Of a DNA stretch of 64,000 nucleotides, positions 55,174-64,000 are shown piece after piece (positions within the stretch are counted from its first letter, which is position 1; each line of letters starts with the position of its first letter). Origin of the DNA: Candidatus Dojkabacteria bacterium (lineage in GTDB: Bacteria > Patescibacteriota > Dojkabacteria > B142 > OLB20). The notes under the pieces were generated by a model, which saw only the letters and a program-made list of their open reading frames with translations, did no database searches and was not told where the DNA came from. Where the stretch lies: positions 95,488-159,487 of the forward strand of contig DAOMOX010000003.1 in NCBI GenBank assembly GCA_035444565.1, read 5' to 3'. A program made the position numbers and the translations under genes.

Positions 55174-58100
55174 ATGTTCTATACATTGCTAAAATCCTGC
55201 TATAATAGTCTATCTTTGATTCTGAACAATATGAAATATAGATCTAAATTGACCCCAAAGAAGCGTACTCGCAAGGTAAATCCAGCGAGGATTAAAACTT
55301 ACTCTGGCCAAAATTGGCTCAAACAATCGAAGGCAGGAAGTAAGAAATCTAAAAAGAAAAAAAGAATTACTAGCAAACGTGTAAAAAAGATCTTATATAT
55401 TCTTCTACTTACTTTTGTTGTATTTTGCTTTGTTGGATTGATTGCAGTTCTTACCTATGTGCAGTCTTTAACTGAAGATTTGCCAAGTCCAGACAAGCCT
55501 TTTGGTCCGAAAAACTCTGCTAGTGAAATTTACGATAGAAATGGAAAGTTATTATATAGAGTGTTTGCAGATCAGAATGCAGATCCAGTGAAAATCGAGG
55601 AAGTTCCCGAACTATTGAAATGGTCTTTCCTTGCTGCTGAAGATATAGATTTCTATGAACATCCAGGAGTAGATATACCCGGTGTTATCAGATGTGGATT
55701 AAGGTATGCTACCGACGGAAATGAAACTTGTGGGGCTAGTACTGTTACACAACAGCTTATCAAACAGACAGCACTTACAAACGAAAGAAAAATAGAAAGA
55801 AAAGTTAAAGAAATTATTCTTGCACTTCAAATTGAACAAGATAGAGATAAAGACGAAATCTTGGAGATGTATCTTACAATTGCACCTGAAGGAAGTAATG
55901 TTTATGGTGTTACTTCTGCTTCAAAATTTTATTTTGATAAAGAGTTGAAGGATTTGAATTTGGCAGAGATGGCTATCATAGCAGCAATCCCTCAAGATCC
56001 AACTAGGCTCTCCCCTACCAAATCAGCAAACCCAGAGGAAGCCAAAGTAAAAGTCAAAGCTAGACAGGAATATGTTCTGAACCAACTTGAGAAATATATG
56101 GATAAGATTAATAAAGAAATCAAAGAATCAACTGGACAAGAAAATGCTTTAACAAAAGAGATGATTGATGAAGCTAGAGGTTTTGAGTTGGCATACAAAG
56201 AGCCGAAATTCGAAATTAATGCCCCTCACTTTGTGTTTTTTGCTCAGAAACTGCTACAAAACAGACCATATAATAATGGAGAACCATTTACTTTGAATGA
56301 ACTTGAAACCCAGGGATTACGTATCTACACCACACTTGACTCTGACTATCAGCAAATTGCCGAAGAACAAGTTAAAGTTGGTGTTGATACTTATGGAAAG
56401 CAATTTGGTGCCTCAAATGCTTCATTAGTCTCCTTAAATCCAAAAAATGGGGAGATTTTGGCTATGGTAGGCTCATATGACTATTTTGGAACCGAATCCC
56501 CTGAAGGTTGTACTGTAGGGTTAGATTGTAAATTTGAACCAAAAGTAAATATTTCCGATACTTTACAATCATATGGTTCTTCTATGAAGAGTATGGTCTA
56601 CTATAAAGCAATAATGGACAAGGTCATATTCCCTGGATCAGTATTACCTGACATTCCTATTCAAATAGGCAATTACAAACCAAAAAACTATGAAGGTGGA
56701 TTTATAGGTCTAAATACTGCAAGGCATCATCTTGTTGAATCACGTAATATTCCTGCGATAGAGTTAATCCAAGCGGTTGGAGTTGAGAACTTCATTTTGG
56801 AGATGCAAAAATGGGGCTATACTACGTTCACAAACCCCGAAGGTTATGGACCTGCTGTTTCTGTCGGCGGTGCAGACATAAAACTTATTGAGCATGCTCA
56901 GGCCTATGGCGTTCTTGCCAATGCTGGTAACTTCACTCCATATGAAGCAATATTGAAAATCGAAGATAAATCTGGAGAAATCCTATACGAGCATAAAGCA
57001 GAACCAACGTTAGTTGCAGATCCTAGAGGTGTTTATCTTGTAAATCACATGCTTAATGGTAAAAACAAAGGTCCAGGTGTTAGTTGGGATGGTCGTGATA
57101 TTGCTGGTAAAACAGGAACATCGGAAGGACAAAGAGAAACATTATTCGCAACGTATACACCAGAAATTGTGGCTGTTGGGTGGTTAGGTAATAACAATAA
57201 CGAAGGGATGCGTTATGGAGCATCGGGTTTGACTTCTGCTAAACCATGGGTGTCCGAATTCGTAAAAAGAATTGGAGATTCAATTCCAAAAACTGAATTT
57301 CCCCGCCCCGAAGGTATTGAGTTCAGTAATGCCAGTTGTAAAATTAATGACAAATTCGGATGCGAAAATTACAAAGGTGATTTAGCTATTACTGGTTTCA
57401 AAGTTCCTCCTTACGTGGAATTTCAAGAGGTTGTAGTGTGTACAGATCAGATGGATAGATTGGCTAGAGAAATTGATATCAAAGTAGGACAATCCACCAA
57501 ATTGAATGCAGCTAAATATACTATGCCTGTCAAAGATTTACAGGGATTTTTAGACAATTTCTTGAAAGGAAGTGATAAGTTATTTACTATTCCAACTGAA
57601 TATTGCACGATCAATAGAAATCCTAGTGGTACATCAGAACCATGGGCAAATATATCATCCCCTACTTCGGGTGCAGTATTATCGAAAGAGCTTGTAATTG
57701 CTTATGAAGCATTCTCACCTGACAGTGAAGTTGATAGAGTTGAATTCTATTTGGATAGTACTCTTCTAGGGAAGTCGTCAAACGCATCTGGAAGTGCAGA
57801 TTTCGATATAAGCGGTCAAGCACCTGGAAGTCGAACTTTGAGACTAGTGGTTTTTGATAAAGCTGGAAAAAATGGTACCTCGAGTATACCTGTTGAGATT
57901 AGAGGAGACTTGAAAATCACCTCTCCATCAAACAATTCCGAAGTCAGGAAAGGAGACTTCGTAGATGTAAGATTTAGTTATTCAGGTGGCTCTTTAAATC
58001 AGGTTACATTAATTGTAGATGACAAGGTTGAAACTCAATGCTCAGATTCTAAATGTACTTGGGAAGTTAAAAGTGATACTGGTGAGGTGAAAATAAAAGT

Positions 58101-58194
58101 ACGTGGCAAAAAATCAGGAGAAACTATTGAGTCAAATACTATTACAATCAGAGTGAGAGGTGGTCAGATTGTCCCTACAATCATTCAGAATTAA
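55174..58194 (+). CDS. Class A penicillin-binding protein (GT51 transglycosylase + transpeptidase) with a roughly 300-aa C-terminal extension
   Basis: AAEDIDFYEHPGVD, GASTVTQQL (GT51); SxxK, SRN and KTGT (TPase). Confidence 0.85.
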   Translation: MFYTLLKSCYNSLSLILNNMKYRSKLTPKKRTRKVNPARIKTYSGQNWLKQSKAGSKKSKKKKRITSKRVKKILYILLLTFVVFCFVGLIAVLTYVQSLTEDLPSPDKPFGPKNSASEIYDRNGKLLYRVFADQNADPVKIEEVPELLKWSFLAAEDIDFYEHPGVDIPGVIRCGLRYATDGNETCGASTVTQQLIKQTALTNERKIERKVKEIILALQIEQDRDKDEILEMYLTIAPEGSNVYGVTSASKFYFDKELKDLNLAEMAIIAAIPQDPTRLSPTKSANPEEAKVKVKARQEYVLNQLEKYMDKINKEIKESTGQENALTKEMIDEARGFELAYKEPKFEINAPHFVFFAQKLLQNRPYNNGEPFTLNELETQGLRIYTTLDSDYQQIAEEQVKVGVDTYGKQFGASNASLVSLNPKNGEILAMVGSYDYFGTESPEGCTVGLDCKFEPKVNISDTLQSYGSSMKSMVYYKAIMDKVIFPGSVLPDIPIQIGNYKPKNYEGGFIGLNTARHHLVESRNIPAIELIQAVGVENFILEMQKWGYTTFTNPEGYGPAVSVGGADIKLIEHAQAYGVLANAGNFTPYEAILKIEDKSGEILYEHKAEPTLVADPRGVYLVNHMLNGKNKGPGVSWDGRDIAGKTGTSEGQRETLFATYTPEIVAVGWLGNNNNEGMRYGASGLTSAKPWVSEFVKRIGDSIPKTEFPRPEGIEFSNASCKINDKFGCENYKGDLAITGFKVPPYVEFQEVVVCTDQMDRLAREIDIKVGQSTKLNAAKYTMPVKDLQGFLDNFLKGSDKLFTIPTEYCTINRNPSGTSEPWANISSPTSGAVLSKELVIAYEAFSPDSEVDRVEFYLDSTLLGKSSNASGSADFDISGQAPGSRTLRLVVFDKAGKNGTSSIPVEIRGDLKITSPSNNSEVRKGDFVDVRFSYSGGSLNQVTLIVDDKVETQCSDSKCTWEVKSDTGEVKIKVRGKKSGETIESNTITIRVRGGQIVPTIIQN

Positions 58195-58198
58195 CCAG

Positions 58199-60637
58199 TT
58201 AATTAATTCTTAGCTTCAAATCGAGTTTAGATTGAAGTTCTTTAGCTACAAAACTTTCGAGTTTATCGACTTCCTCATCGGTTAAGGTTTTTTCATCACT
58301 AGAGAAAGTTAATGTAATCGTATAGCTGATCTTCTCATCTTTATTAACATAAGTGTCTTTCAGAACAATATTTTTCAATAATCCTACTTCAAGATTCCTA
58401 ATAGTTCTTTCTATATCTGAATAGTTTACTTTTTCAGGTATCCAAAAACTAAGATCCCTGTTTGTCTCTGGGTAATTCGGTAAGGCCTTGTATGAGTTCT
58501 GATTATTTACGAATTGTACTAATTTATCTAAGTTGATTTCAGCAATTGAGATTAAACCTTGAATTTCATTATTGTAGATTACTTCTGGGTGTAATAGGCC
58601 GATATTTCCAACAGTTTCATTCTCAAGAATAATTTCAGCAGATTGGAATGGGTGGAAAGTTTTAGAATATTTGTTTCCAGATGAGATATTCTTATAATTA
58701 AATTTTATGTTTAATAAATGTGATAAATATTCAGTGATGCCTTTTATTTCCTGGAATGTATTGGAATTGTTTTCTTGATGGTTGATTGCGATTGCAATAG
58801 TCCAAGGTTGTATATGAATACCATCGTTTTCAAGTTTTTTTGTAACTACCCTATTAACTTCAAAAATCTTTGAATTTAAATATTTAGGTTGATTCTTCTT
58901 TATACTTGATATCATACTTGGCACTAGTGAATTCCTTACATATTTTAATTCGGGTGCCAGTGGATTAGATAGTTTCAGAAAGTCTGTAGTAATTAGATTT
59001 GACTTAGTTATATCAGTTTCTCCAATGAAGCTATATGTCTTTACTTCTGTATACCCAAGTGCACTAATAGAATTGGTAAACAGTCTAAAGAGTGAACTTG
59101 TGCTGTATATCTTAGCTGGAGTAAGATCTTTTTCTGGCAATTTCGGCGTTATGTTCTTATAGCCATAAATTCTAGCAACTTCCTCGACAAGGTCTTCTTT
59201 GATATTTATATCTTTTCTAAATGTAGGAATGACAAATGTTAACAATGTTTGGGTCTCAAGGTTTGGTTCAGACCCGTCCGAATTCTCTTGTTCGAGTAAA
59301 TTAATTTGAAGTCTCTTCAAAAGGTCAATAATTTCGTATTTCGTAAAATCTGTTGAGAGTAGTCTGTTAATCATCTTGACGTCAATCTCTACTTGTTTCG
59401 GGATGGATGGGTCAGGATAATAATCAAATAGTTCGTCTGCAACCTCTCCACCTGTTAAATCGGAAATCAATGTGTAGGCATTTCTAATAGTCTGTACTGT
59501 GAGGTTTTCGTCCAAGCCTTTTTCAAATCTGGTGCTTGCCTCCGTTCGGAGTCCTAATTGTCTAGAACTTCTACGGATATTGTACATGTCAAAATTAGCT
59601 GCCTCTAATAAAATTGTATTTGTTTCGGTGGAAATCTGAGAGTTGTAGCCACCCATTATTCCTGCGATATCCTCCACATTCTTTTCGTCTGCAATCACAA
59701 CAGTTGTATTATCTAAATTTCGTTCTATTCCATCGAGTGTTTTCACTTTTTCACTATTTCTTGCTTTTCGGACAATTAGTTTGTTTCCAACAAGTTTGTC
59801 ATAATCATATGCATGTAGAGGCTGACCTTTGTCGAGCATTACGAAATTTGTGATGTCAACAATATTATTGATGGACCTCTCTCCTACTGAACTTAATCTA
59901 GCTTTAAGCCATATCGGTGAGTCTTTGACTACTAATTCCTCTACTAATAACGCACTAAATCTTTTGCAAAGATCTTTGTTAACAGAAATTTCAATTTTGA
60001 TTTTCTTCCCGCTACCATTTGGAAGAATCGATTCTGGAGGTGTGGTATCCTCTAGAAAGTCAATTGCCAGTATTGCCGAAAGTTCTCTAGCAATACCAGT
60101 ATGAGAGAAACAATCACCTCTATGTGAAAGTGACTTGTTCTCAATTTCGTATACCCAATCTTGTAATAAGTCGGTTAAGTTTTCGCCAACGGGCAAATTC
60201 TCTTCTAATATCATAATTCCGCTATGATCTTCACCTATACCAAGTTCTCTCTCGGAACATATCATACCGAATGATTCGACACCTCGGATTGTTGTGGTAC
60301 TTATATCAAGCGTATTGCCCTTGGTATCAGTGTAAACTCTCCCCCCAGGTAAACAAAGCGCAACTTTGATTTTTTCTTTAACATTTGGAGCTCCACAAAT
60401 TACCTGAATTCGATCATTACCATCAGAGGTGACCTGACAGATGCTTAGTTTGTCACTATTCTCATGTTTTTTGACTTCTAAGACTTCTCCCACAACGATA
60501 TTTAATAAATCTTGCCTTACAGGGATAATTTGTTCTACTTCAGCAAGACTGGTGGTAAGAGATTCTGCTATGGTTTCCGTTGAAAATTTATCAAGTTCTG
60601 GAAGATAATTTTTGAGCCATTTATGTGATATCAGCAT
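58199..60637 (-). CDS. pheT: Phenylalanyl-tRNA synthetase beta subunit
   Basis: MLISHKWLKNYL N-terminus; B3/4, B5 and C-terminal anticodon-binding layout. Confidence 0.9.
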   Translation of the reverse strand: MLISHKWLKNYLPELDKFSTETIAESLTTSLAEVEQIIPVRQDLLNIVVGEVLEVKKHENSDKLSICQVTSDGNDRIQVICGAPNVKEKIKVALCLPGGRVYTDTKGNTLDISTTTIRGVESFGMICSERELGIGEDHSGIMILEENLPVGENLTDLLQDWVYEIENKSLSHRGDCFSHTGIARELSAILAIDFLEDTTPPESILPNGSGKKIKIEISVNKDLCKRFSALLVEELVVKDSPIWLKARLSSVGERSINNIVDITNFVMLDKGQPLHAYDYDKLVGNKLIVRKARNSEKVKTLDGIERNLDNTTVVIADEKNVEDIAGIMGGYNSQISTETNTILLEAANFDMYNIRRSSRQLGLRTEASTRFEKGLDENLTVQTIRNAYTLISDLTGGEVADELFDYYPDPSIPKQVEIDVKMINRLLSTDFTKYEIIDLLKRLQINLLEQENSDGSEPNLETQTLLTFVIPTFRKDINIKEDLVEEVARIYGYKNITPKLPEKDLTPAKIYSTSSLFRLFTNSISALGYTEVKTYSFIGETDITKSNLITTDFLKLSNPLAPELKYVRNSLVPSMISSIKKNQPKYLNSKIFEVNRVVTKKLENDGIHIQPWTIAIAINHQENNSNTFQEIKGITEYLSHLLNIKFNYKNISSGNKYSKTFHPFQSAEIILENETVGNIGLLHPEVIYNNEIQGLISIAEINLDKLVQFVNNQNSYKALPNYPETNRDLSFWIPEKVNYSDIERTIRNLEVGLLKNIVLKDTYVNKDEKISYTITLTFSSDEKTLTDEEVDKLESFVAKELQSKLDLKLRIN

Positions 60638-60652
60638 GATTACGTATTAATT

Positions 60653-61702
60653 CTAAAATTGTTTAAGGAAGTCAAACTTTCCACTATAAAAATGTCTTAT
60701 ATCTTCAATATTATATTTCAACATCACTAGTCTTTCTAAACCAAAACCCCACGCAAATCCACTATATACATCACTATCAATTCCCCCCATCTTTAATACA
60801 TTGGGATGAATCATTCCACATCCCAAAATTTCTAACCATCCAGTGTTCTTACAAACATTACAGCCTTTACCATCACACAAGATACATGTTAGTGACATCA
60901 TTCCCCCGGGTTCGACAAATGGGAAAAAATCAGGTGTAAATTTTACTTCTACTTCTTTTTCGTAAAATTCGCTGAAGAAAGTCTTAAGTGTGGCAAGCAT
61001 ATTATTTAATGTGACGTTTTTGTCTACATAGACTCCTTCGACTTGAGTAAATGTGTGCTCATGTCTGGCATCGGTAGCTTCGTGTCGGAAGCACCTGCCA
61101 GGAACTATTACTCTGATTGGAGGTTTGAATTCCTTGAGAATTCGATTTTGCATAGATGATGTATGTGTAATAGCAATCTGGCCGTCTTCTGTCCAAAATG
61201 TGTCCCAATTATCTCTCGCAGGATGACCTTCTGGTAAGTTTACAGCAGTGAAATTGTGATAATCATCATCAATTTCATAGGGATAAACTATATCAAATCC
61301 CATCTTTTGGAATATGTCTTCTGTCTTCCATTGCATCTGTGTTACTGGGTGAATATGTCCGATTTGTGGCTCATATACTGGAAGTGTTACATCAATTTTT
61401 TCTTTGTCCGAAATCTTGTTGTGTTTGATCTTTAATATTCGGACTGAATTGTTATCAACTATCTCCGAAAGTTGAGCTTTTATTTTATTCGCTTCTGAAC
61501 CTATTATCACTCTATCCTCATCTGAAAATTCTTTCAGAGTTCTCAAAATATCAGTAAGTTTGGATTTACGACCAAGAAATTGAACTCTAAGTGTTTCATT
61601 TTCTTCAAGGGTGGTAACTTTTTCAAGCAGGGGTTTCGCTGTATCAATCAAATTCTTGACGTCATCTAGCGTTTTTTGTAGGTCGGGTTTTGATGCGCTC
61701 AT
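60653..61702 (-). CDS. pheS: Phenylalanyl-tRNA synthetase alpha subunit
   Basis: FRHEATDARHEHTFTQVEG class II motifs. Confidence 0.95.
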   Translation of the reverse strand: MSASKPDLQKTLDDVKNLIDTAKPLLEKVTTLEENETLRVQFLGRKSKLTDILRTLKEFSDEDRVIIGSEANKIKAQLSEIVDNNSVRILKIKHNKISDKEKIDVTLPVYEPQIGHIHPVTQMQWKTEDIFQKMGFDIVYPYEIDDDYHNFTAVNLPEGHPARDNWDTFWTEDGQIAITHTSSMQNRILKEFKPPIRVIVPGRCFRHEATDARHEHTFTQVEGVYVDKNVTLNNMLATLKTFFSEFYEKEVEVKFTPDFFPFVEPGGMMSLTCILCDGKGCNVCKNTGWLEILGCGMIHPNVLKMGGIDSDVYSGFAWGFGLERLVMLKYNIEDIRHFYSGKFDFLKQF

Positions 61703-61721
61703 GTGACACTAAGTAGTGTTT

Positions 61722-62066
61722 TTATTTTTTGACTGCTTTGACTACTTCAGCAAAAACGTCTTTGTTATGTAGTCCAAGTTCAGAAAGAATTTTTCTGTTT
61801 AGGTGAATATCATTTATTTTTAGTTTATTGATGAATTCACTATACTTCATATCATGTTCGGATAGTGCTGCGTTTATTCTTTCTATCCAAAGTCTTCTGA
61901 AATCTCCTGATCTCTTTCTTCTATGTGCATATGAATATTGACCAGCATGAAGCATTGCTTCCTTTGCACGTCTATAAAGTTTAGAATACGAAAGTCTATA
62001 ACCTTTTGTGCTATTAAGAACTTTTTTATGCTTTTGATTTTTTGATTTGCCTCTTTTAACCCTCAT
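61722..62066 (-). CDS. rplT: 50S ribosomal protein L20
   Basis: MRVKRGKSKNQKHKKVL...GYRLSYSKLYRRAKE. Confidence 0.95.
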   Translation of the reverse strand: MRVKRGKSKNQKHKKVLNSTKGYRLSYSKLYRRAKEAMLHAGQYSYAHRRKRSGDFRRLWIERINAALSEHDMKYSEFINKLKINDIHLNRKILSELGLHNKDVFAEVVKAVKK

Positions 62067-62070
62067 TTAA

Positions 62071-62271
62071 TTACGATAATAAACTAATAATTTTCTTAGA
62101 CTCTGTTTTGCTTCCTAGAGAGCTTTTGCCCTTTTTTCTAGCTTTTTGCTGTGAAGTTTTATTTGCCTTCAAATGTGCATTATCACCTTGTCTATTGTGC
62201 ATAATTTTGCCTTTCCTGGTTACTCGAAACCTTTTGGCTGTTGCTTTATGTGTTTTTTGTTTGTTTTTCAT
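62071..62271 (-). CDS. rpmI: 50S ribosomal protein L35
   Basis: MKNKQKTHKATAKRFRVTRKGKI. Confidence 0.85.
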   Translation of the reverse strand: MKNKQKTHKATAKRFRVTRKGKIMHNRQGDNAHLKANKTSQQKARKKGKSSLGSKTESKKIISLLS

Positions 62272-62782
62272 CGTTATTAATTGTTTTCTTAACAGGTCTA
62301 ACTATTAATGAAAGATCTCTGCCATAAAATTTAGCTGGTTGGTCATATTCTATTTTACCTTCCAGATTAGTAAGTACTTTATTTAATACTGATTCAAGTT
62401 GTTCTCTAGCAACCCTACCCTTTGCCTTGATTGTTATCTTAACAGGATGTTTTTTAGCTAGAAATTCTTCAACTTTGGTTAGTTTGTGAGTCAAATCACC
62501 ATCTCCAATGAAGGATTTAAACCACATCTCTTTTATTTCAACACCTTTGCCTTTGTTCTCTTTTCGCTTTTTTTCCTGTTGGTACTTGAATTTTGACCAA
62601 GACATGATTTTACCTACTGGTGGGTTAGCTTTTGCAGCAACCTCAATCAAATCAAGTTCTCTTTCTCTAGCTATTTCTAAAGCTTGAGCCAGGCTGATTA
62701 CTCCTAGACTTTCTCCTTCTTCATCAATCACAAGTAACTCGGGACTTTTTATTTGATCATTCATAGAATATTTTTCTATCAA
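62246..62782 (-). CDS. infC: Translation initiation factor IF-3. The start codon may be non-AUG.
   Basis: INDQIKSPELLVIDEEGESLGV N-domain plus C-domain. Confidence 0.9.
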   Translation of the reverse strand: MIEKYSMNDQIKSPELLVIDEEGESLGVISLAQALEIARERELDLIEVAAKANPPVGKIMSWSKFKYQQEKKRKENKGKGVEIKEMWFKSFIGDGDLTHKLTKVEEFLAKKHPVKITIKAKGRVAREQLESVLNKVLTNLEGKIEYDQPAKFYGRDLSLIVRPVKKTINNDEKQTKNT

Positions 62783-62938
62783 TGTATCCCTTTCTCTTGA
62801 AAAGTATTGTTTATTTATCGTTCTAATAAAAAAATATTAAATATTTGATGTTCTAATCACAACAAAACCAACAGCAACAATCTGTCAGCACATTGATATT
62901 AACAGAACAAATGCAATTTTTCAATGGTTTGGGACCGC

Positions 62939-64000
62939 TTAAAGGTCTAGTTCCAAAGCTATTTCTTGTTCAATTTTGTTTACAAATTCATTTATCCTCA
63001 TCAAACCTATGTCTTGTCCATTAGCCTTTACGGAAATTGAATCAGTATTGGCTTCTTTTTCTCCGATTATTATCAAGTATGGTGTACGTCTACTCATAGA
63101 ATCTGATATTTGTCTTTCAGGGTTGGTTGAGTTTTGATTAAATTCTACTCGTAAATTCTCTTTTTTTAATTCCCTCAATACTTTTATTGCTTTATGGTTA
63201 TATTTACTCTCGAGCGCTATGATCTCGACCTGTACGGGCTCTACCCAAAGTGGAAGTGAACCCTCTCCGTGTTCTAGTAATAAATCAATTAATCTTTCAA
63301 TATTTACTATTATATCTGTGTGAATAAAATATAATTGTTTCTTGTCTTCTGATAGTAGTTTTGTAGGGAGTATTGGATCTAGCGTAATATTTGATACTTC
63401 CCAGCTTCTAGAGTATTTATCTTTAACTTCAATAGTTAGTTTGGGTCCATAAAAATCGGTCTTCCCTTCTCTAATTCTTGACGGGATTTTGAGTTCTAAA
63501 AGTAATTCTTTTAAGTTAGAAATACTTTTTTCCCACAGTCCTTCGTCATAAATATATTTTGTAAGATCTTGGTAATCTGGAATATCTAAAATTGTTTTGA
63601 ACTGACTAAATCCAAGGGCTTTTAGTGTGGTACCTATTAACCTGATATTTTCGGTCAGAGAGTCTTTTAATTTTTCATCGTCTACTATACTAATTACTTG
63701 TGCATCTGTTGTTTCAAGAAAATCTTCGAGATGCTCGATTTTTATTTCGTTAGAATTATGTAAATTACCCTGAAATGTTTTGGAAACTGAACCTATATTT
63801 AGAATGGCAGAATCTTTGTTGGCGTTGTAACTTGTAGTTGCCCTTTCGACAAGGAAGCTTCGTAGATTATTTCTATAAAAAACATCTTTAGAATTTTGAG
63901 TTCCTTTTATTTGTGTAGTTTGCATAAACTCAGGAAATTTTTCGACCAAGAACGCTGGTTTGTTTGTGACCCAAGGTGGTTGCATTAGCTGGAAGTCAAA
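62939..64000 (-). CDS. thrS: Threonyl-tRNA synthetase, C-terminal part. The gene continues beyond the window edge.
   Basis: Class II catalytic core tail (FYGPKL...) and anticodon-binding domain; frame open to position 64000. Confidence 0.8.
   Translation of the reverse strand, partial: FDFQLMQPPWVTNKPAFLVEKFPEFMQTTQIKGTQNSKDVFYRNNLRSFLVERATTSYNANKDSAILNIGSVSKTFQGNLHNSNEIKIEHLEDFLETTDAQVISIVDDEKLKDSLTENIRLIGTTLKALGFSQFKTILDIPDYQDLTKYIYDEGLWEKSISNLKELLLELKIPSRIREGKTDFYGPKLTIEVKDKYSRSWEVSNITLDPILPTKLLSEDKKQLYFIHTDIIVNIERLIDLLLEHGEGSLPLWVEPVQVEIIALESKYNHKAIKVLRELKKENLRVEFNQNSTNPERQISDSMSRRTPYLIIIGEKEANTDSISVKANGQDIGLMRINEFVNKIEQEIALELDL

Noticed and set aside
58199-64000. thrS-infC-rpmI-rplT-pheS-pheT gene order as something unusual
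   Set aside because: This is the widely conserved bacterial arrangement, so it is ordinary. No T-box or leader could be assessed because the thrS 5' region lies outside the window.

Overview
This 64 kb window is AT-rich (roughly one-third GC) and densely packed with short genes separated by small or overlapping gaps, mostly without obvious Shine-Dalgarno sequences. That pattern fits a small-genome bacterium, possibly Patescibacteria/CPR-like, though this is inferred from composition and gene content only. Most of the window is housekeeping. Recognisable genes include dnaB, efp, lspA, ruvCAB, a Xer-type tyrosine recombinase, greA, gyrBA, rpsP, rnc, nusB, rpmF, recG, tyrS, pheST, rplT, rpmI, infC, a partial thrS, a class-A PBP, an LCP protein and a FemAB-family protein. 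A 13 kb type IV pilus/competence-type cluster runs from pilB to pilO (pilB, pilT, pilC, a major pilin, pilD, three minor pilins, pilMNO). It encloses an opposite-strand pair encoding a large secreted protein and a small membrane protein. Two tRNA genes are present, tRNA-Leu(CAA) on the plus strand and tRNA-Ser(UGA) on the minus strand. The most unusual thing I see is that both tRNAs are preceded by a partial copy of their own 5' end plus a shared imperfect hairpin (CCTCTTCGC...GCTACGAGG). At the tRNA-Ser locus this sits in a tandem array of two identical 155-bp units plus two diverged units. Another notable stretch is a 517-bp GC-richer noncoding block with internal direct repeats next to a cluster of small uncharacterised enzymes (kinase-like, NTase-like, HAD-like). 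Finally, intrinsic-terminator-like hairpins lie only about 10 nt upstream of the start codons of greA and of a 670-aa unknown protein. All product calls rest on motif recognition in the supplied translations; nothing was searched against a database.
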